Notes: generated from the letters alone by a model not told the origin. Numbered from the stretch's first letter, positions 47,502-57,852 are shown. The stretch is DNA of 64,000 bases from Actinomycetes bacterium (GCA_021829645.1 JAKBPI010000005.1:338-64337); one strand, 5' to 3'. Made by a program: numbers and translations.

Positions 47502-48638
47502 TTACACTCTTTTGCGCGTGTAGAAAGGCAGCTTGACTATTTTTGCTGACTCTTGCTTATCGCGTACCTTGATAAATATTCTTTGGCCTTCGGAACAAAA
47601 ATCTTTTTGTATATAGGCCATCCCTATGGATTTATGCAGCGTAGGGGAAACCGCACCAGAAGTAACAACTCCTACAGTCCTTGGATCTTCGTCGTCTTTT
47701 GGAATGCTATCGCCAGCAGGTAAGGAGTCTGGCGACAGTACGACGTATCCGTGCCTGGCTGGTCTTCCGGAATCAACTTCAAAACCGACTAAAGACTTTT
47801 CCGGCTCAGAATCTTTGAGAGCATAAAGAGCGTCTTTCCCCACAAAAGTCTCCGGCTTGGAAAAAGCAACCAATCTCCCTAGGCCGGCTTCAAAAGGATT
47901 TACTTCCCTACTCAGTTCGTTACCGTAAAGGGCCATTCCGGCCTCCAAACGCAATGAGTCCCTGGCAGCCAATCCGGCAAGCATTACGCTTTCTTCATTT
48001 CCATAAGGAGAATACAGCAATTCTGCAATAGTTTCAGCTGATTCGACGGTACAAAGAATTTCGAATCCGTCCTCCCCGGTATAACCGGTTCTGGCTATAT
48101 AACACTGTATTCCACGTATGTTTATTTGTACGATTGAGTAATATTTCATGTCCGGTAAGGCTTCGTCGGTCAGAGTACCCAGGATCTTAAGGGCCAAAGG
48201 ACCCTGCAGTGCGATGAGTGCATACTTTTGAGATACGTTTTCTGCAACAACGTCGAATCCGTGCTGCCCGGAAAATCTTTCCGCCATCACATGAGTATTC
48301 GACGCGTTCACTATCAGCAAATAGGCGTTGTCCTCGATTCTGTAGACGATAAGGTCTTCCAGGACACTGCCGTCTGGCTCACAGCACAGGGTATACTTTG
48401 CTCGACCGACTTCTATGGACCCTATATCACTCACCAAGTGATAGTTCAGATAAGAGGAGGCTTCTTTGCCTTCCACCACGATTTCACCCATATGGGACAA
48501 ATCAAAAAGAGCCGCTTTTGACCTGACAGCCGTGTGCTCCGTTCTCTCGCTTTCGTAGCTCAAAGGCATCAACCAACCGGCAAAAGGCACCATCTTGGCG
48601 TGATGGGCAATATGGAAACTCTCCAGAGGACTGTGCAT
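47502..48638 (-). CDS. gcvT: aminomethyltransferase (glycine cleavage T protein)
   Basis: Motifs MVPFAGWLMPLSY, FDLSHMGEI and ARTGYTGEDGFEI. The start is taken at MHSPLESF (48638). The track start is 48710. Confidence 0.94.
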   Translation of the reverse strand: MHSPLESFHIAHHAKMVPFAGWLMPLSYESERTEHTAVRSKAALFDLSHMGEIVVEGKEASSYLNYHLVSDIGSIEVGRAKYTLCCEPDGSVLEDLIVYRIEDNAYLLIVNASNTHVMAERFSGQHGFDVVAENVSQKYALIALQGPLALKILGTLTDEALPDMKYYSIVQINIRGIQCYIARTGYTGEDGFEILCTVESAETIAELLYSPYGNEESVMLAGLAARDSLRLEAGMALYGNELSREVNPFEAGLGRLVAFSKPETFVGKDALYALKDSEPEKSLVGFEVDSGRPARHGYVVLSPDSLPAGDSIPKDDEDPRTVGVVTSGAVSPTLHKSIGMAYIQKDFCSEGQRIFIKVRDKQESAKIVKLPFYTRKRV

Positions 48639-48835
48639 GTAACCGTTCTCAATCACTTTTATATGTTCTCCCAAGCTAGTATGCTGATTCAGTATAATAA
48701 ATAGACCCATCCGGCTACATTGCCAAAAGAAAATTTCCTATCTATCCGCGGTGATTGGCTCCAAAATCAATACAATACGTAAAAAATATGTCAGTTTGCA
48801 CTCCAAAAAGCTTGATAACGCGCTAAGTTCGCGTC

Positions 48836-51505
48836 ATGGCTCACGATATCGATTACAGATTGTCAAAATCGGTTATTCCGAACCGATACGAAATAATCAT
48901 TAAACCAGATTTTTCTTCACTGACTTTCACAGGCCGCGTGGCCGTGACCGCCAATGTTACAGAAACGGCAGATGAAATTGTCATCAACGCTTTGGACTTG
49001 ACTCTTCACGAATCATATATCCTTGCCGGAGAAGTATCTCTTAGTGAAGTAGACAACAATCTTGACGAATACTCACCCATTCATTGCTCTTTACGCTATG
49101 AAACCGCCGAAGAAAGAGTGGCTCTCATATCCCCCGTAGACTTAGAGCCCAACTTGTACACTGTCTTTTATAACTTTTCGGGAATTCTGAACGATAAGCT
49201 CAGAGGATTTTATAAATCTCTCTATACGGACGAAAACGGTAAGCAACACGTCATTGCCACTACACAGTTTGAGCAAACCGACGCCAGAAGGGCATTCCCC
49301 TGTTTTGACGAGCCGGATTTCAAAGCAGTATTCTCGATCACTTTAGAAGTTCCGGAAGAAATGACCGCCGTATCTAACTCACGCGAGATCTCTTCTGTAG
49401 CAATTGACAACGGTTACAAGCGGGTATCGTTTGCAGACACAATCAAAATGTCTACTTACCTCGTAGCTTTTATAGTCGGCGAGCTAGAGGCCACCCCCTA
49501 TCAAAAAGTACGCAACACCGAAATAAGAGTCGTCTGTATCCCCGGCAAGTTACATCTGACAAAAACAGCTTTAGAAGTAGCGGAGCACGCTATAGGTTAC
49601 TTTGAAGACTATTTTGCTATCCCCTATCCCGGAGACAAACTTGATCTTTTGGCTATCCCTGACTTTGCAGCCGGAGCCATGGAAAACTTAGGGTGTGTAA
49701 CCTTTAGAGAGGCTATCCTCTTGGCCGATCCCAACAGAGCTTCCCGACCCGAATTGGAAAGACTCAGTGAAGTGGTGGAGCACGAATTGGCTCATATGTG
49801 GTTCGGCGACTTGGTAACAATGAAATGGTGGAACGGCATTTGGCTGAACGAAGCTTTTGCGACTTTCATGTCTTTGAAATGTCAAGCCGATTTCAAACCG
49901 GACTGGCGTCCTTTTGATGCTTTTGCCAGAGAAAGAGCTGCCGCGTTGAGTGTCGACGGTCTACACGGCACCAGACCTATTGAAATTGAAGTACGCCACC
50001 CGGATGACGCTGCAGCCATGTTCGACGTTCTCACCTATGAAAAAGGAGCCAGCGTACTTTGGATGATCGAACAGTATCTGGGAGAAGATAACTTCCGCTC
50101 CGGTATAAGAAACTATTTACAATTACACAAATTTAGCAATACGGAAACACACGACCTGTGGGATGCCCTAGAGGCAGAAGCCGACGACATACCTGTACGT
50201 GACATCATGAATTCTTTCATTTTCCAAGGTGGTTTACCGTTGCTTTCAGTCAAGAGGTCGGATGCCGACTCTTCGTCGGATCATCTCATTGAAATTACCC
50301 AAGAACCCTTTGCCTATTTAGAAAAAGCGGACGCAGCCCCTATAGGTCGCCTGCCGGCAAACGAAGGCGGCAAAGAATACTCTGCCATTGGCAGCACTTG
50401 GTTGATACCGGCCATCATTAGCACCGGCAATAATCTGTCTGCACCGCCTTCAAAAGCGGTCATCGGTACCGAAGCCTATGCCATGAGTACAGAAGGCGGC
50501 TTTATCGTAGCCAACAATCGGGGAACGGGCTATTATCGAGTCCGCTACGATCACTTAACAGAGAAATCTCTTTTTTCACATTGGGACTTCCTTTCCCCAT
50601 TAGAAAAATTTTGCCTTGTATCGGACATATGGAGCCTTGTCATCGCCCGAAAAGCTGACTTATCCGGTTTCATTAATTTACTGGAGTCATTAGAAAAAGA
50701 AAACGATCCTCATGTCTGGTCTGTTGCCATAGGTGCTCTTTCTCTGCTTTCCCATATCTGTTCTGAACAAGATAGACCATCCCTCCGGGACTTCATCTGT
50801 TCCGTGCTCTCACCCCAACTTGAAAAAATTGGACGCGAGCGAAGAGACGGGGAAGGAGAGGATACTCCCCTTCTTAGGTCCTCTTTGCTCGTTGCTTTGG
50901 GTAATCTGGGGGAAGAAAGCGCGACACTTGAATATAGTCGCAGTGTCTTTGCTGCAGAAAGAGCCGGGGAAGCCGAGCCCGATCACGACACCTTCTCGGG
51001 AATTTTGGATATCGTTGCGGCACATGCAACCAAGGCAGAGTTTGACTCGATTCTGGAAAGAGCCTTAAACCCTATAGATCCTCTCGACCAAAAACGCCAT
51101 CTAAACGCTCTGGCACGCGTAAGAAACTTAGAATACGCAGAAAAACTCTACGGACTCTCCCTGGATACCATCAGAAGCCAAGATGCGCCTTTCCTCTTGG
51201 GAGCTCTTCTTTCTTCCAGGGAAGTAAGCGTGTCAACATGGAGATTTATTTCAGAAAACTACGCATCCGTCTCCAAGAGATTTCCTGACAATGCTCTTGA
51301 CCGCATGCTGAGCGGTATAGGTGGTCTTGCCTGTAATCCGGAAAAAATTCATGAAGTTTCTATTGATGATATTATCGCTTTTATCAGCGAAAATGTCAAA
51401 GGCGGACGCCAACGTCTAGCTGCACAGAATCTAGAACGTCTGATAGTAAACCGCACTATGGCCTCAAGCCTCAACGATAAAATAAAGACTTATTTGCCCT
51501 CATAG
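48836..51505 (+). CDS. pepN: aminopeptidase N (M1 family)
   Basis: 889 aa with GAMEN and HELAHMWFGD(X18)E zinc motifs. Confidence 0.94.
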   Translation: MAHDIDYRLSKSVIPNRYEIIIKPDFSSLTFTGRVAVTANVTETADEIVINALDLTLHESYILAGEVSLSEVDNNLDEYSPIHCSLRYETAEERVALISPVDLEPNLYTVFYNFSGILNDKLRGFYKSLYTDENGKQHVIATTQFEQTDARRAFPCFDEPDFKAVFSITLEVPEEMTAVSNSREISSVAIDNGYKRVSFADTIKMSTYLVAFIVGELEATPYQKVRNTEIRVVCIPGKLHLTKTALEVAEHAIGYFEDYFAIPYPGDKLDLLAIPDFAAGAMENLGCVTFREAILLADPNRASRPELERLSEVVEHELAHMWFGDLVTMKWWNGIWLNEAFATFMSLKCQADFKPDWRPFDAFARERAAALSVDGLHGTRPIEIEVRHPDDAAAMFDVLTYEKGASVLWMIEQYLGEDNFRSGIRNYLQLHKFSNTETHDLWDALEAEADDIPVRDIMNSFIFQGGLPLLSVKRSDADSSSDHLIEITQEPFAYLEKADAAPIGRLPANEGGKEYSAIGSTWLIPAIISTGNNLSAPPSKAVIGTEAYAMSTEGGFIVANNRGTGYYRVRYDHLTEKSLFSHWDFLSPLEKFCLVSDIWSLVIARKADLSGFINLLESLEKENDPHVWSVAIGALSLLSHICSEQDRPSLRDFICSVLSPQLEKIGRERRDGEGEDTPLLRSSLLVALGNLGEESATLEYSRSVFAAERAGEAEPDHDTFSGILDIVAAHATKAEFDSILERALNPIDPLDQKRHLNALARVRNLEYAEKLYGLSLDTIRSQDAPFLLGALLSSREVSVSTWRFISENYASVSKRFPDNALDRMLSGIGGLACNPEKIHEVSIDDIIAFISENVKGGRQRLAAQNLERLIVNRTMASSLNDKIKTYLPS

Positions 51506-52617
51506 TCAGAAAACAACAATCTGGTCATACCTCCGCTTATGACGTCGTTGGCCAAGATGACGGCTGCAGCGGAATAAGAAGATGTTTCCCCGGGTGGAAA
51601 ACTGTTACCACCGGGGAAAACATCACCGGTCAGGTATGATCCGTCATGGAGTCTATGCCGAAAGGTTGTTGCAAAAAGCTCATTTGCTAATCGGCTATTG
51701 CCAAGACATGCTTCCGCTATGGCCCACTCTGCCGTCTCTGCGGAGGTAAACCAATCTTTATCACTGAGACATCTCACACCCCAGTCGTCAGCAATAAAAT
51801 TACTGCGTGCCGACTGTAGTCTTGCCAAACTTTCTTCCGTAATAATGGATGCAAGAATACTGTAGTAATGATCCATAGCATAAAGGTTTTTGTCGATATA
51901 ACAAGCAGAATGCCTTGCGCTTACCATATACCCTATCAGCGATTCACGCAACGCAGTGGCTGAGATGACATACGTCAACTTTTGTTTACTGATATAAAGC
52001 CGATCATAATACTTTCCGGTTACACTTAGCACAGGTACGGGTATATTGTCAGGCATAGCCAGCAGTACATCAGCTATCCTGATTGCCGACTTCAAGCTGT
52101 GGTACACAGAACACGATGCCGCAAATAAAGACTTTGGCGAGGATGCAGGAGGTGTTGATGCTCCAAACTCCAGTGTCCACGGAATGCATCCCCCCGTATC
52201 TTGCAAGCCGGTCACAAAATTGAGAGCTTTAACGACAACCGGCCACATCAGGAACAGCAAATTTTGATTCTTTGTCAGCATAAAATTGTGCAGTACGGCG
52301 CTTGCCACATAAGAGCACTGATTGGTATCCGCACTTTTATCCGACGCCACACCGTCGCTATCATACGCACAATACCACCACCCGTCAGCATTTTGTGCGG
52401 AGCGGACCCAAAGTAAAGCCTTCTCGGACTCGTTTGTGTAGCCGGCAACCGTTAGCGCCATGGCGGCTTCCAAATGGTTCCATACGTCGATAGAGCCATG
52501 CAGTGTTTTTGCTATCGCCCCTTCTTTTGTCTGCATAGACACAATTGAATTAGCGGTCTTTTGTATTTCATACTCGCTCAACAATGGAGCTGTATCTTGA
52601 TTTTCTAAATATGACAT
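51490..52617 (-). CDS. prenyltransferase/squalene-oxidase-repeat (alpha/alpha-toroid) protein
   Basis: 375 aa with a QW-type motif QNADGWW and further Q..GG / DGSY repeats. It is the last gene of the GT4-methyltransferase operon. Confidence 0.55.
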   Translation of the reverse strand: MSYLENQDTAPLLSEYEIQKTANSIVSMQTKEGAIAKTLHGSIDVWNHLEAAMALTVAGYTNESEKALLWVRSAQNADGWWYCAYDSDGVASDKSADTNQCSYVASAVLHNFMLTKNQNLLFLMWPVVVKALNFVTGLQDTGGCIPWTLEFGASTPPASSPKSLFAASCSVYHSLKSAIRIADVLLAMPDNIPVPVLSVTGKYYDRLYISKQKLTYVISATALRESLIGYMVSARHSACYIDKNLYAMDHYYSILASIITEESLARLQSARSNFIADDWGVRCLSDKDWFTSAETAEWAIAEACLGNSRLANELFATTFRHRLHDGSYLTGDVFPGGNSFPPGETSSYSAAAVILANDVISGGMTRLLFSDYEGK

Positions 52618-52621
52618 ATGC

Positions 52622-53344
52622 TTACATATCTTTTGGCATATACTTTGAATATATAACTATACTTTTACCAAGGACCGGATCTAAAATTTTTCCTATGTAT
52701 TTAAAAATAGGCGGGTGCTTTATAATCTCATACTCTAAAACTTTTTTATACGCTTTGACCGCCAAATTCTTTTCATTATCCACCCCCACTAAGCATTTCA
52801 ACCACCAGTAGGGGCTGTGCAAACCATGAACATACTCTACACTCGTGACATCAAAATTATGCCGGGACAATAAAGCAAGCAACTGTTTCTTTTTGTAAAT
52901 CCTAATATGGCCTCCTTTCACGCTATGGTACTTTTTGGACAGTGCCCAACATATCAGCTCCGGATAGAACCTTGGTACACTTATAGCCAAGACTGCACCG
53001 ACCTTCATAACTCTTGCTATCTCCGCCAACACCAAAGAGTCCTCGAAAATATGTTCCAATATCTCAGAAGCGATAACGCACTGCATGGATGCCTCCTCAA
53101 ACGGAAGGCTACTTGCGTTCCCTTGTATCAGGACAGGTAAATCTTGACCGGCGATCTCAGAACTTGCATGCATTGCCTTGTATATGCCGTCTACATACCT
53201 TAAGTCTTTAATGTCCAGATCAAAAGCAATAACTTTTTCCCCTGACTTTGACAGATAGAAGCTGTGTCTACCCTGCCCACACCCAAGATCCAAAACAGGA
53301 TCGTGGCCGTTTAAGCCAAGTTGATCTGACCTGACTGTAAGCAT
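52622..53344 (-). CDS. class I SAM-dependent methyltransferase
   Basis: SAM motif VLDLGCGQGRH and motif II VIASEILEHI. Confidence 0.85.
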   Translation of the reverse strand: MLTVRSDQLGLNGHDPVLDLGCGQGRHSFYLSKSGEKVIAFDLDIKDLRYVDGIYKAMHASSEIAGQDLPVLIQGNASSLPFEEASMQCVIASEILEHIFEDSLVLAEIARVMKVGAVLAISVPRFYPELICWALSKKYHSVKGGHIRIYKKKQLLALLSRHNFDVTSVEYVHGLHSPYWWLKCLVGVDNEKNLAVKAYKKVLEYEIIKHPPIFKYIGKILDPVLGKSIVIYSKYMPKDM

Positions 53345-53345
53345 C

Positions 53346-54611
53346 TTATCTGTTCTGTCGGTAAAAGTTAAATTGATCCATCGCGTAAAGATACTGCTCG
53401 GTTACCTTCTCAGCAGTTTTTAGCCAAGTAAAATTTTCCCTAACCCGTTGCAAACCGGCAGCAGACAATTTTTCTCTTAAGTCCTCTCTTTGCATTAGAC
53501 AAAGCATAGCATTAGCCAACGTCCCGGGATTTCCCGGCTCAACCAGCAATGCACATTGCCCGCTCTCTCCCAATACCTCCGGCAAAGCTCCGCCTGTGGT
53601 CGCTGCCACAGGCAAGCCGCTTGCCAGAGCCTGAATAGCCGGTAAAGAAAATCCTTCGTAAAGAGAAGGAATGACAGCCACTTGCGATTCTCTATATAAA
53701 TTAGCCAATTCCTCATCGGAAATACCGTGAGTAAATTGGATATGTCTTTTTAGGTTTGAATCTTTTTCCAGCATCTTGTAGCTTTGCCCTTCGGGATTTG
53801 GCTTGCCTACCACAACCAGTCGCGCTTCCGGATTTTCTTTTACGACATAGCCCATGGCTTCTATGAGAACCGCCAGTCCTTTCAAGTGGACATCTGCGCT
53901 TACCACAGCTATAAATTGGCCTTGATTCTTAAAAGTTTTTTCTCTTGGATAAAAAACTTCTGTATCTACACCGGGGTGGATAACAGTTATCTTTTTTTCT
54001 TTAACCGCCATATATTTCATAATGTCGTATTTTGAGTGTTCTGATACCGTAATGATTCTTTCCAGTTCATTAGCCACAGTTCTCTGCATAGCAGCAAATC
54101 CGTACCACCTGTATTTTCCGAGTCTGTCCTTTATAGAAGTAGTGAGTGCAAGGTCAATTTCTCTATCCACTTCTATGGGGTGATGTACAGAGGCCACTAC
54201 CGGCAAATGGTCTTTGGTTACATAAGCTATGGCGTTACCCAGGGACTGATTGTCATGCAGTACGTCAAAGGTACGCAGTTGTGCTTTTAGTTCTCTCGCC
54301 AGACGCGTCGAAAAAGTTCTCGGTTCCGGAAAACCCCCAAACAGTCTGATACCTATTTCCGCAAAATCAGTCATGCTTTCTATCTCACGTAGCCTGGGCC
54401 ATCGAAAAGGATCCTCGGATCTGTACATATCCAAGCTTGGTAACTTAACCAATTCTATACTCTCTGCCAATATTGGATACGGCTGCCCTGAGAACACAGT
54501 TACGGCATGACCAAGATCACGTAACGCTTTTGTCAGGTAGCGGGTATAGACGCCCTGTCCGCCGGAACGCGGATTACCTCTATATATACTAAAAGCTACT
54601 TTGAGTTCCAC
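53346..54611 (-). CDS. glycosyltransferase family 4 (GT-B)
   Basis: 421 aa with GTG start, an N-terminal GGQGVY motif and a C-terminal EGFSLPAIQALASGLPV E-x7-E region. Confidence 0.88.
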   Translation of the reverse strand: MELKVAFSIYRGNPRSGGQGVYTRYLTKALRDLGHAVTVFSGQPYPILAESIELVKLPSLDMYRSEDPFRWPRLREIESMTDFAEIGIRLFGGFPEPRTFSTRLARELKAQLRTFDVLHDNQSLGNAIAYVTKDHLPVVASVHHPIEVDREIDLALTTSIKDRLGKYRWYGFAAMQRTVANELERIITVSEHSKYDIMKYMAVKEKKITVIHPGVDTEVFYPREKTFKNQGQFIAVVSADVHLKGLAVLIEAMGYVVKENPEARLVVVGKPNPEGQSYKMLEKDSNLKRHIQFTHGISDEELANLYRESQVAVIPSLYEGFSLPAIQALASGLPVAATTGGALPEVLGESGQCALLVEPGNPGTLANAMLCLMQREDLREKLSAAGLQRVRENFTWLKTAEKVTEQYLYAMDQFNFYRQNR

Positions 54612-54616
54612 GGATA

Positions 54617-56263
54617 CTAGTGATGCCCTATCCCCAATTGAACGGCTTTTACCACCAGAAGAATTACTGCAGCAAGCAAATAACCTCGCATACCGAACAT
54701 GGCTACTTTTTTACTCCTTGACCAATGCGGACGCTCCAGTAGGGAAAGGGGCGGCATACGCCAAGTGAGTTTATTTTCGTTGTGAGTATCTCCTTCCACA
54801 ATGACCATTGCTGATTTAATTCTGGCACGCAAACCTACAACAAGGGCAGTGAGAACACTACCCACGATTGTGACTGCCATTGAATACATAAGTATCGATA
54901 CGTTTATATTAGGAAATATGGTAGTCGCCATGAGGACCAATGACATAGCTATTAAAATAGCTACTATAACAGCTGCCACAAGGTTCAGCCACAACTTATT
55001 CACCCATGGCCCAAGTACCGCAGTATCATTACATAGTAAAAGCAAGAATACTGTAGCACTTGGCAAAAGAACACCCGCTAATGCCTGCGCTGAAGTTGTA
55101 ATAAGTCCAAGAGGAGCGTGGGGAATGAGCACAATACCAGCGGCAGCTATGACCAAGAGCGTGAATATAGCATAAAACTGTTTGGCATCTTTGAATCCCC
55201 TATGCAAGCTATGCTTAATACCGAAAACATCGCCAAAGGCATAAGATGTAGACAGTGTGACGGCAGCGGCTCCTATGATGGATGCATTCAGGAGCACTAT
55301 AGAAAATAAGGGACCGGCACTATTACCCAAATAGTGTTCGAGGCCAGTTGCCGTTGCACCGGCATTGACAAACTGTCCAGCGAGTTTTGTGTGCAAAAAT
55401 GCAAAAGCCGTGACGACGATGATAAGCGTAGCTGCAAAAACTGTTACCAAAGAACCTAATACTGTGTCAACTCTCTCGTAGTTTATCCAACGAGGGATAA
55501 TTCTTTTATCAACGATGTTAGACTGCTGGAAAAACAGCTGCCAAGGTGCTACTGTCGTTCCTACGATTGCGATAATGAACAGAATCGAAGTCGAGTTAAT
55601 CCCGCCTTTTACACCGGGAACCACAAATCCGCGGATAATGGGTCCGACGTGTGGGTGCGCAAAAATAGCCAGTGGAATCACTAAAAAATTGGCTACTACA
55701 AAAATGAGCATAAAGCGTTCCCACCGCCTGAAACTCCCGGATGCGGTCATCGCTATCAGTGCCAAGGCAGCTATAGGCACAGAGATGTAAATACTTACTC
55801 CAAAGTAGCCGAGCGAGAGACTGATGCCAATAAACTCAGTAACAATTGTTAAAAAATTCAGCAGGAAAAGATCCCCCACAGAAAACGCTCCCCAGAATTT
55901 GCCAAATCTTTCGTTTATCAGGCGTGCATGCCCAACTCCGGTTACTGCTCCAAGCCTTACGACCATTTCTTGATTTACCACCAAGACCGGTATGAGAAGA
56001 GGCAGGACCCACAGCAGGCTAAGCCCGAAATTTTGTCCAGCCTGTGCATATGTCGCCACTCCTCCGGCGTCATTATCGCCAACCATAACTATGAGACCGG
56101 GCCCCACGATCGCTAGAAGAGTCAGCAACTTTTTTAGCCAAGTACGTCTTTCACTAGAATCGCCTATTCTTATTGTCCCGAGAGCACCTTGAATGTCACC
56201 TATATGAGCGGTATCCAAAACAGCGGTTTCGTTTTGAGATTCACCAGAGTTGATTGTTGACAT
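54617..56263 (-). CDS. NRAMP/SLC11-family transporter with NRMT-type binding-site residues
   Basis: 548 aa, polytopic. TM1 reads GPGLIVMVGDNDAGGVATY and TM6 reads IVGTTVAPWQLFFQQS, versus canonical DPGN and GATVMPH. A strong GGAGG sits before the ATG. Confidence 0.88.
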   Translation of the reverse strand: MSTINSGESQNETAVLDTAHIGDIQGALGTIRIGDSSERRTWLKKLLTLLAIVGPGLIVMVGDNDAGGVATYAQAGQNFGLSLLWVLPLLIPVLVVNQEMVVRLGAVTGVGHARLINERFGKFWGAFSVGDLFLLNFLTIVTEFIGISLSLGYFGVSIYISVPIAALALIAMTASGSFRRWERFMLIFVVANFLVIPLAIFAHPHVGPIIRGFVVPGVKGGINSTSILFIIAIVGTTVAPWQLFFQQSNIVDKRIIPRWINYERVDTVLGSLVTVFAATLIIVVTAFAFLHTKLAGQFVNAGATATGLEHYLGNSAGPLFSIVLLNASIIGAAAVTLSTSYAFGDVFGIKHSLHRGFKDAKQFYAIFTLLVIAAAGIVLIPHAPLGLITTSAQALAGVLLPSATVFLLLLCNDTAVLGPWVNKLWLNLVAAVIVAILIAMSLVLMATTIFPNINVSILMYSMAVTIVGSVLTALVVGLRARIKSAMVIVEGDTHNENKLTWRMPPLSLLERPHWSRSKKVAMFGMRGYLLAAVILLVVKAVQLGIGHH

Positions 56264-56468
56264 ATTGCCCTCCTTCCGGATAACAGAAATATTCCTGAAA
56301 GAAATCCTTTATTATGACTCAGCAACAAGGCGTTGCCGAATAAGTTTAGACTAAAAAATACCAATAACAGCAGCAATTACCTATATGGCTGAGAAGTGTT
56401 AACTTATTATTATACTAAGTTTGAAATAATTTTACCTGAAAAGAGGTGGTGACCTTTACTCAAAACTA

Positions 56469-57785
56469 TCAGTGGTCATCTGCAGCCGGTAGACCAAGAT
56501 TGCGACGAAGAGACGCTGAGTTCAAAAGGAGTTCCAGAACATCATCAAACGTGACGACACCTATGAGCTTTTGTGACTCATCCACGACAGGCAGGGCCTG
56601 TAAATTAAAATCAGACATAGTATGAAGTATCATCCCCACGTCTCCATCCGGTAGAATCGTGACGGGTTCCTGCTCGCTTGAGTCACCTAGCAGGCTTTCT
56701 TGCTCTGCCTGTAGCACGGAAACCAACGGAAGCATTCCGGTCAGTATTCCGTCTTCATCTGCTATATAAACATAGCTGAGCACTTCCGGTGACAGATCAC
56801 TGTTTCTAATCATATCCAGTACGGTACCGACCGTATCATGAGCTTTTGCCTGCAAGAAATCGGGATTCATTAAGCCCCCTGCTGTTTCAGGGTGGTAATG
56901 GAGTAGATTTCGTACTTTATCACGCTGATCCGCAGGCAAAGCTTCCAACAGAGGAAGTCTCTGATCCTGATCAAGGTCAGCAATCAAATCGGCGGCATCG
57001 TCCGGAGCCATTCGGGAAAGAACTCGCGCTGCCTCTATTTCGGATTTTGATTCCATGAACTCACGTTGATGTTCCGGGTCAAGCTCTTCAAAGACATCTG
57101 CTTCTAAGTCCCTGTCATGGCCCACGGCTTCTATAATTTCTTCCCCTTCTTCGTGTGATGCAGCTTCCACCAAGTCGGCTATCTGAGCTGGGCGCAGTCT
57201 TGCCAAAGCCCTGTAAGGTAGCCTGAGTCTTGCCGTTGGTACATGACCTACAAACGGTTCGACATCCGACCAATCGATCAGGGTATTGCCGGTACGTTTT
57301 CGCTTTGTCAATTTTCTGTAGAGATAACCAATTGGAGACGAAGCCACCGGTTCGGCACCAAGCAGTACATAACCTTGACCGTAATGACCCATTTCTATAT
57401 CTCTTGCTTTAAGGAGCCGTGCTTTGCTCAGATGGATCAGGTGTCTGCCCGCTACGTCGCGGGCCAACAAAAGTTCGCCTGGCCTGCGTTCAAATTGCTT
57501 TAAATTCACGGAGTCCCGGGCAAGCTCAACTCTGCTTTCCTTTATTTCACGTACTCTTTCAATGGGAATAAAGAGCTCACGATGGCCTATTTGACCCACA
57601 ATTCCGGCAATTGGAGGGTGCGTTTCGCCGCCTGGTCTTACTACTATATCTTTGACTTTACCAAGCTTGTCACCTTGTGAATCTACCAGATGACTTCCCA
57701 CCAAGCGAGAAAGCTTGATACGAGGTCCGGAAATTTCAACAATGTTTTGCTTAGATGCCTTGGGCTGTAAAGTCGTCACACTCAT
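56469..57785 (-). CDS. PRC-barrel + MgtE N-domain + CBS-pair protein lacking a membrane pore
   Basis: PRC-like LVGSHLVDSQGDKLGKVKDIVV and MgtE_N-like MAPDDAADLIADL...LLHYHPETAGGLMNPDF, followed by two CBS motifs. The ORF ends at 438 aa with no TM helices. Confidence 0.8.
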   Translation of the reverse strand: MSVTTLQPKASKQNIVEISGPRIKLSRLVGSHLVDSQGDKLGKVKDIVVRPGGETHPPIAGIVGQIGHRELFIPIERVREIKESRVELARDSVNLKQFERRPGELLLARDVAGRHLIHLSKARLLKARDIEMGHYGQGYVLLGAEPVASSPIGYLYRKLTKRKRTGNTLIDWSDVEPFVGHVPTARLRLPYRALARLRPAQIADLVEAASHEEGEEIIEAVGHDRDLEADVFEELDPEHQREFMESKSEIEAARVLSRMAPDDAADLIADLDQDQRLPLLEALPADQRDKVRNLLHYHPETAGGLMNPDFLQAKAHDTVGTVLDMIRNSDLSPEVLSYVYIADEDGILTGMLPLVSVLQAEQESLLGDSSEQEPVTILPDGDVGMILHTMSDFNLQALPVVDESQKLIGVVTFDDVLELLLNSASLRRNLGLPAADDH

Positions 57786-57852
57786 ATATTAGACGATTGC
57801 ATAAAAATTTTCATGTCTAGACAGAGTTTCGTTTCAAGGCTAGACTTATCAT

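Noticed and set aside
48639-48835. A glycine-riboswitch-like string GGAGCCAAUCACCGCGG upstream of gcvT.
   Set aside because: It lacks the CUCAGG..AAAGGAC half and a closing P1 helix, so it is probably a chance match.
56264-56468. A search for an M-box (Mg2+) or yybP-ykoY (Mn2+) riboswitch in the leader of the NRMT-type transporter gene.
   Set aside because: Reading the reverse complement, I found only a plausible TATAAT promoter and short 5-bp hairpins. None of the conserved cores I know is present, and the space is short for an M-box.
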